From contig OY820905.2 of the NCBI GenBank assembly GCA_963555755.3, positions 4,160,001 through 4,224,000 of the forward strand: DNA of 64,000 nt, read 5' to 3'. Both the position numbers and the translations under genes were made by a program. The notes under the pieces are model-generated. The model worked only from the letters and a program-made list of their open reading frames with translations. It searched no databases and was not told where the DNA came from. Source of the stretch: Nitrospirales bacterium (lineage in GTDB: Bacteria; Nitrospirota; Nitrospiria; Nitrospirales; UBA8639). Positions 59,160 through 64,000 of the stretch are shown one piece after another; position 1 is the first letter of the stretch, and every line of letters begins with the position of its first letter.

Positions 59160-60200
59160 ATGCGTAATGTGAAAGGTTCTGCAGCCCTCGTTATTGCGAC
59201 CGCAGCCATGATCATGTTCCTCACTGGGTGTGAGACCACGAAACATGCTGAAGTCATGACCGCTGAGGAATTGGCGGCCCAAGCTCAGGCCTCCGGCTCG
59301 CAGGGCTCAGGCACGGGTTCAGGCAGCGACCAAGGAGGGATTCCCCTGGCTGGCCAAGGGATGAGCGAAGGCTCCCTGTCGGTGAGTGATTCCTCAGGTA
59401 CGGTCGCTGGAACTGGGAGTTCGGCACGGTTCCCCTCAAGTATTAATCCGGAAGACCCTCCGTCTCCCACGCTTCGTGATGTGAGTGGTGCGAGCATGGG
59501 CGGGGATATTTCAGGTGGTAGCACAATAGCCGACACTAGAGCCTCCGATACAGGAATATCCGATGGAATGGAAGGCGGAACGGACAGTGATACACATGTG
59601 CCCACGGGAGAATCCATGGGGCCCAGTGGGTATGAGGGACAACAATTTGTCCGTGCACTCATACCTTCAGATTTTGTTCCGGAAAATCCTCCGCAACCTA
59701 TGTTGGGTGATGGTAGCCCATCAACCGATTCAGGCATGGGAACGAGTGGCACTTCGGGGTCTGGCGACGAAGTCGTGCGATTGCCCGATCTTGATTCTAT
59801 GGAGCCCTTAAGCCAAGGTGACTTGGATGGCTCTCAAGAAGATGGAACCAATGGAATTGGTGGCGGGGGCGGATTGGGGCATGTGTATTTTGATTTTGAC
59901 CAATACGTTATTCGAGACGATGCGGTCTCCACCTTACAAGAGAATGCGCAATTACTCAGTGCGACGTACCAAGATTCCAGCGTCCTGATCGAAGGCCATT
60001 GTGATGAACGTGGAACCACGGACTATAATCTCGTATTAGGTGAACGCCGGGCTCAGGCGGTGAAAGATTACCTGGTTAACCTAGGCGTGTCTTCTTCGCG
60101 CATCCAAATTGTGAGTTATGGTAAAGAGCGTCCGAGCTGCACAGGGTCAGAAGAATCGTGCTATCAGGAAAATCGTCGCGGCCATGTGGTGCTGCAATAG
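59160..60200 (+). CDS. Pal-like OmpA-domain lipoprotein with long Gly/Ser-rich linker
   Basis: AAGGAG RBS, lipobox LTGC, VYFDFD, IEGHCDERGT..YN..LGERRA, SYGKERP, NRR. Confidence 0.88.
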   Translation: MRNVKGSAALVIATAAMIMFLTGCETTKHAEVMTAEELAAQAQASGSQGSGTGSGSDQGGIPLAGQGMSEGSLSVSDSSGTVAGTGSSARFPSSINPEDPPSPTLRDVSGASMGGDISGGSTIADTRASDTGISDGMEGGTDSDTHVPTGESMGPSGYEGQQFVRALIPSDFVPENPPQPMLGDGSPSTDSGMGTSGTSGSGDEVVRLPDLDSMEPLSQGDLDGSQEDGTNGIGGGGGLGHVYFDFDQYVIRDDAVSTLQENAQLLSATYQDSSVLIEGHCDERGTTDYNLVLGERRAQAVKDYLVNLGVSSSRIQIVSYGKERPSCTGSEESCYQENRRGHVVLQ

Positions 60201-60336
60201 TCGCGGAGGATAGATTCTCCCATCACACGTTTCTGACAAGAGTTCTTGCGAAATCGTAGAAAAGTGGCTTCATACTTTTTACCTTGAAAGGGTGAATGGT
60301 GTGGGGCCTTTTTTCTTGATTTTCCCCTTGTTAAAA

Positions 60337-62031
60337 ATGAATAAGCAAATCAAAACGATTGTTTTTGTCTCCTTCGAAAATGAGTTTGCTCCGCTCGGCG
60401 GGCTGGCGGCGGTGATGCGTCTGTTGCCCAAACATATGGCAGGCATGAGTGATGATCGGTGTGTTACTTTTACACCGTTTTTTCGCGAGATCACCAAGTG
60501 TAAGCCCAAGCTCATGGATTCCATTCAATCAACAGGCATCACGTTTTCTCTTGTCTATGATGGGAAGAATCATCAGGTTGAGATTTTTCAGCATCAAAGT
60601 GGCGACGGGTTTACAACCTACCTGTTCGATTCTCAGAATTTTTTTAATGCACCCTGTGATTGCGGAGATCCACCTGGTATGGAAGCTCCATGCAATCCCT
60701 ATTTGAATCCGGCGCACCCGGAGCAACTACTCGATGACTCCTTAATGTTCTCATCGGCTGTACCCAATGCCCTGGTGGCGTTAGGACTGACTCAGAATGT
60801 GGTGTTGTGTCTCCAAGACTGGGAGGCAGCGGGGGCGGCCATCGTTGCCAAGGATGATGCCCGGCTTTCTGGGATCTCCTGCTTATTAACCTTGCACAAC
60901 TCCTATGATAGGCTTGTGAGTCAAGCGGAAATGAAAAGAATGATGAATCGTGTGCTTCCTGGCCCGACGGTTCTTGCCAAAGCTGGCCCATATTTTGATG
61001 GTCCCATTTGCACGGTCTCCCAGCATTTTGCGCATGAGCTGATTCATGAACCCGTGCATCGGGACATCTTTACCCCGCATCTTCAGGCGATGTTTAAAAA
61101 ACGGACGATTCGAGGAATTAACAATGGACTGTTTAGCCAACTTGATTTTTCACCGGAAGCCCGAACCAAAACTGCTTCTGGAAATTACCATGGTCTCCTG
61201 GAAGAAAAAGCCACGCGTCGCCGGGAGATGATCCAAAAGCTGGAAGCGTATCAACCTGAGAGGGCATGGGGGTCGTTAGATTTCAACAATTTTGAAGGGC
61301 CGGTGTTTCTGTTTTTTGGTCGGGATGATCCGCGACAAAAGGGCTATGACCTTGCGGCAGCAGCTATCGACCGTATCCCACCTGGGCAGGCGAAGTTTGT
61401 CTTTACTCCGATTCCTGGAGACGAAGGGATTCAAGGGCTGCAATTTTTACAAAACCTGGCCAAGCGTCGACCGGGTGAGGTGAAGGTGTTCCCTTTTCGG
61501 ATGGAGCAAGGATACACGGAACTTCAACGTGGAGCGTCGTTCATGGTGATGTGTTCCCTCTATGAACCCTTTGGTGGGGCGACGGAAGGCTATGCTGTTG
61601 GCACGCCTGTGGTGGCAAGAGCGACCGGTGGGTTGGTTCAGCAGGTTGTGCCGTATCCTTCTGTTGCGTTGAATGCGGCAGTCCGTACTTTGAGCGATCA
61701 GTTTCATCGGCAATCAGACGCTCCAACAGGGTTCCTCTTTCGCGAGTCAGGACTTGGTGTGAAAGAGGCAGCACAAGGATGGAGCGCAATTTTGGATTGT
61801 GCCTATTGGCCTGGAGGCGACCGGTTACAAGAACGAATGCAGATTCCCTTGTTTCGTTCAATGGTCCAAGCCGCTGAAGGCGCGTTACGTCATGCTATCG
61901 AACTCTACCAAACGGATCAAACAGGCTATGCCCAAATGATAAATCAAGGCTTTCACATGTTAGACCGGTTTTCCTGGGACCAAGCCGTTCGCGAATATCA
62001 AGAAATTTTCTCCTCCCTCCCATCCGCCTAA
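60337..62031 (+). CDS. Glycogen/starch synthase-like glycosyltransferase
   Basis: E..FAPLGGLAAV, QDWE, LTLHN, TVS..FA.E, GINNG, GR...QKGYD, SLYEPFG, PVVARATGGL, FSW...REY. Confidence 0.75.
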   Translation: MNKQIKTIVFVSFENEFAPLGGLAAVMRLLPKHMAGMSDDRCVTFTPFFREITKCKPKLMDSIQSTGITFSLVYDGKNHQVEIFQHQSGDGFTTYLFDSQNFFNAPCDCGDPPGMEAPCNPYLNPAHPEQLLDDSLMFSSAVPNALVALGLTQNVVLCLQDWEAAGAAIVAKDDARLSGISCLLTLHNSYDRLVSQAEMKRMMNRVLPGPTVLAKAGPYFDGPICTVSQHFAHELIHEPVHRDIFTPHLQAMFKKRTIRGINNGLFSQLDFSPEARTKTASGNYHGLLEEKATRRREMIQKLEAYQPERAWGSLDFNNFEGPVFLFFGRDDPRQKGYDLAAAAIDRIPPGQAKFVFTPIPGDEGIQGLQFLQNLAKRRPGEVKVFPFRMEQGYTELQRGASFMVMCSLYEPFGGATEGYAVGTPVVARATGGLVQQVVPYPSVALNAAVRTLSDQFHRQSDAPTGFLFRESGLGVKEAAQGWSAILDCAYWPGGDRLQERMQIPLFRSMVQAAEGALRHAIELYQTDQTGYAQMINQGFHMLDRFSWDQAVREYQEIFSSLPSA

Positions 62032-62104
62032 GAGAGCTGTTGAAAAAGCAGGTCCTCAGTATCACCGAAGGGGCCACCAGCTGCGTTCCCAATTATAATA
62101 ATGG

Positions 62105-64000
62105 CAGGGCCATTTCATTCTTTTTATAAGCAAGGGATTCCATGAGGTTTTTTGTGCGCTCTTTTTCAGGGCAGGGCCATGCGGATGGCTAAATGGGGCT
62201 TGCCCCAGAGCAGTCTACACGCCTGCGCGATATTGGTGTAGCCTTTCAGGCGTAAGAGACTGATGGCATAGCGTCTCAGACAGGTCATGACCATTGGGCC
62301 ATTGAGACTTCGTATCTGACTCCTGTCTTCATCAAAGGTGACGTCCAACACATAATGCTGCTTATTCTCCACACTCCAATGCTTTCGGTTTTGCGAGAGG
62401 ATGGTCTTCGGCCCCGCCTTGTCTTTGGACTGACTCGTGACACCGCAGACCGCTTCGACGGTCGTGAGGCCCTGCTTGAGATGCGTCACTTCCCTCTCAA
62501 TGCAGAAGACTTGCTGGACATGAGGAAAGTTGACATAGGCATTCAGGGAGTCATCGCACCAGATCCTGCGGGTCGTGATCTGCCCATGGCCTTTCTCGGT
62601 GGTGGCATAATCGCACCGGCGTGCTCGCAACGCTAAGGCCTCAATGTCGTGCTTCAAGGTGGGCTGGTTTCCCTTGACGGTGAAGACGAAGTCGGCGCCG
62701 CGTTCGTGCACCAGGTACTCGGCAATCTCTTTCTGGGTGAGGAGCGCATCCGCCGTGATCACCTTCCCTGCGATCTCGAGCGCATCTAACAGGGGCCGCA
62801 CGCAGGGGATCTCATTGGTCTTGGAGTGAACTTTTTTTGGGTGAGGTGGCGCCCGGCTTGATGGGTGACGGCGCTGAGGACGTGGGTCTGTTCGCTTGGG
62901 ACCTTCGACGTCCCCCGCATGGTCTTCCCATCAATGGCAATGCCCTGATCCTCCCCGCCGAAGGTGTCCAGCCACCGGCCGAGCAGGGTATCGACTTCAC
63001 AGGGGTCGACGGCCGTGATAAAGCGGTAAAGAGTGCTGCGGCTCGGGACGAGGTAGCGCCCCCCTCGCTGAGTACAGCCTAGCCGCTTGCGCATCGGCTG
63101 CGATAACTGCTGGGCCCAGTCCGAGATCGCTTCATAGCCGCGCGCGCCGCACAAGGTGGCACAGAACATGATCGCCGTGAGGGCGCGTCGGGTGTGCCGT
63201 TGCCCTTGCAAATGGCGGGGATCGGTCAGCTGCACCACATACGTAAAGAGGGAGTCCGTCTGTTTTGTATTCAATCTCATCTGAGGCGCTTCTCCTTTCT
63301 GATAGGGCTGATCAAGCATCGGGCGTGCAAGGATCTCTCGGGCTTGGGGATGCAGCCGCACGACTAGGATGCGCTTCGGTCTCTCATGCTGAACATAACA
63401 CGTGTTCGACTTGCGAAACCCTCGTGTCAGACCGAGCTCGTGCCACCCGGCGGCCCGATAGCAGGTCCCGGTGAAGCGGGCAGGATCGACGAAGGTCTCT
63501 AAGAGGAGCAAGGGGTAGCCGTGGTACAGTTGCCAATCGGCCGAGATCCGTTTCGCGCAGAGCGACAGGACTTTCGAGGCGAGGTTCTTTTGCGAACAGC
63601 CCGGCAGCATGAGAAACCGGGTGTTGTTGGCCAGTAAATGGAGTCGTTGCCATTGAAAACAGGGGGGCCAGCCGATCCAGTGGTCTCGCGGTCTCGATTT
63701 GAGGGCCGCCGCCGCAAACACCAGCAAGGCCAGCCAGCGATCCTGCACACAGGCGAGATATTGTATCGATTGGCCAATCAGCGGGGCATGACCGAGGTAG
63801 TGGTGTCTGTCGAGAAGGGTCTTGAAGGCGTCCTTTTCGTCTCGGACAATTGGGCGAACCACGACTTGCCTCAGATCAATGTCCGGCTGTCCGCTTGGCG
63901 ATTCGTCTGGCATGCAAAAGAGTATGCCGTAAACGAAAAGAAAAAGCCAGCCTAAATCGATTATTCCTTATTATCTATAAAGTTACACTTTAATATGAAA
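62105..64000 (-). mobile_element. ISAs1-family IS copy 4 (CDS 62166-63913; last about 8 bp lie beyond the window)
   Basis: Near-identical to copy 3, same orientation. Confidence 0.93.

Noticed and set aside
1..64000. tRNA, rRNA or prophage genes
   Set aside because: No cloverleaf, rRNA-like or phage structural signatures were recognised by eye. A tRNAscan/Infernal run would be needed to exclude small RNAs.

Overview
Bacterial chromosomal window of about 50% GC. Gene content and repeat style suggest Nitrospirales/Nitrospirota (inference). The housekeeping backbone is oligopeptide ABC ATPases, amrB/MEMO1, cyclophilin, MFS, peroxiredoxin, scpAB, an FAD/Fe-S oxidoreductase, dnaE-accA, thiD, glyQS-ppdK-ribD-elbB, a Pal-like lipoprotein and a glycogen-synthase-like GT. 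Three accessory islets (about 3.8-11.8 kb, 22.4-27.4 kb and 48.0-55.3 kb) and a dense non-coding mobilome interrupt it. Highlights: (1) four near-identical copies of a 1904-bp ISAs1-family IS whose transposase is fused to a DUF4338/DruA-like domain and split by a conserved A-AAA-AAG -1 frameshift. (2) At least five MITE families with unrelated ends that nest inside one another, three layers deep between dnaE and accA, and share one internal-loop hairpin. (3) A KAP-NTPase/FGE-type C-lectin gene whose 3' end looks like a diversity-generating-retroelement variable region, knocked out by a MITE. (4) A DUF2278-LTD gene split by a 2-kb insertion with no duplication and no terminal repeats. (5) Six toxin-antitoxin pairs, two bracketed by long direct repeats. 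No rRNA, tRNA or CRISPR array was recognised. MITE and REP family letters (A-H) are my own labels. All family assignments come from motif recognition, not database searches.
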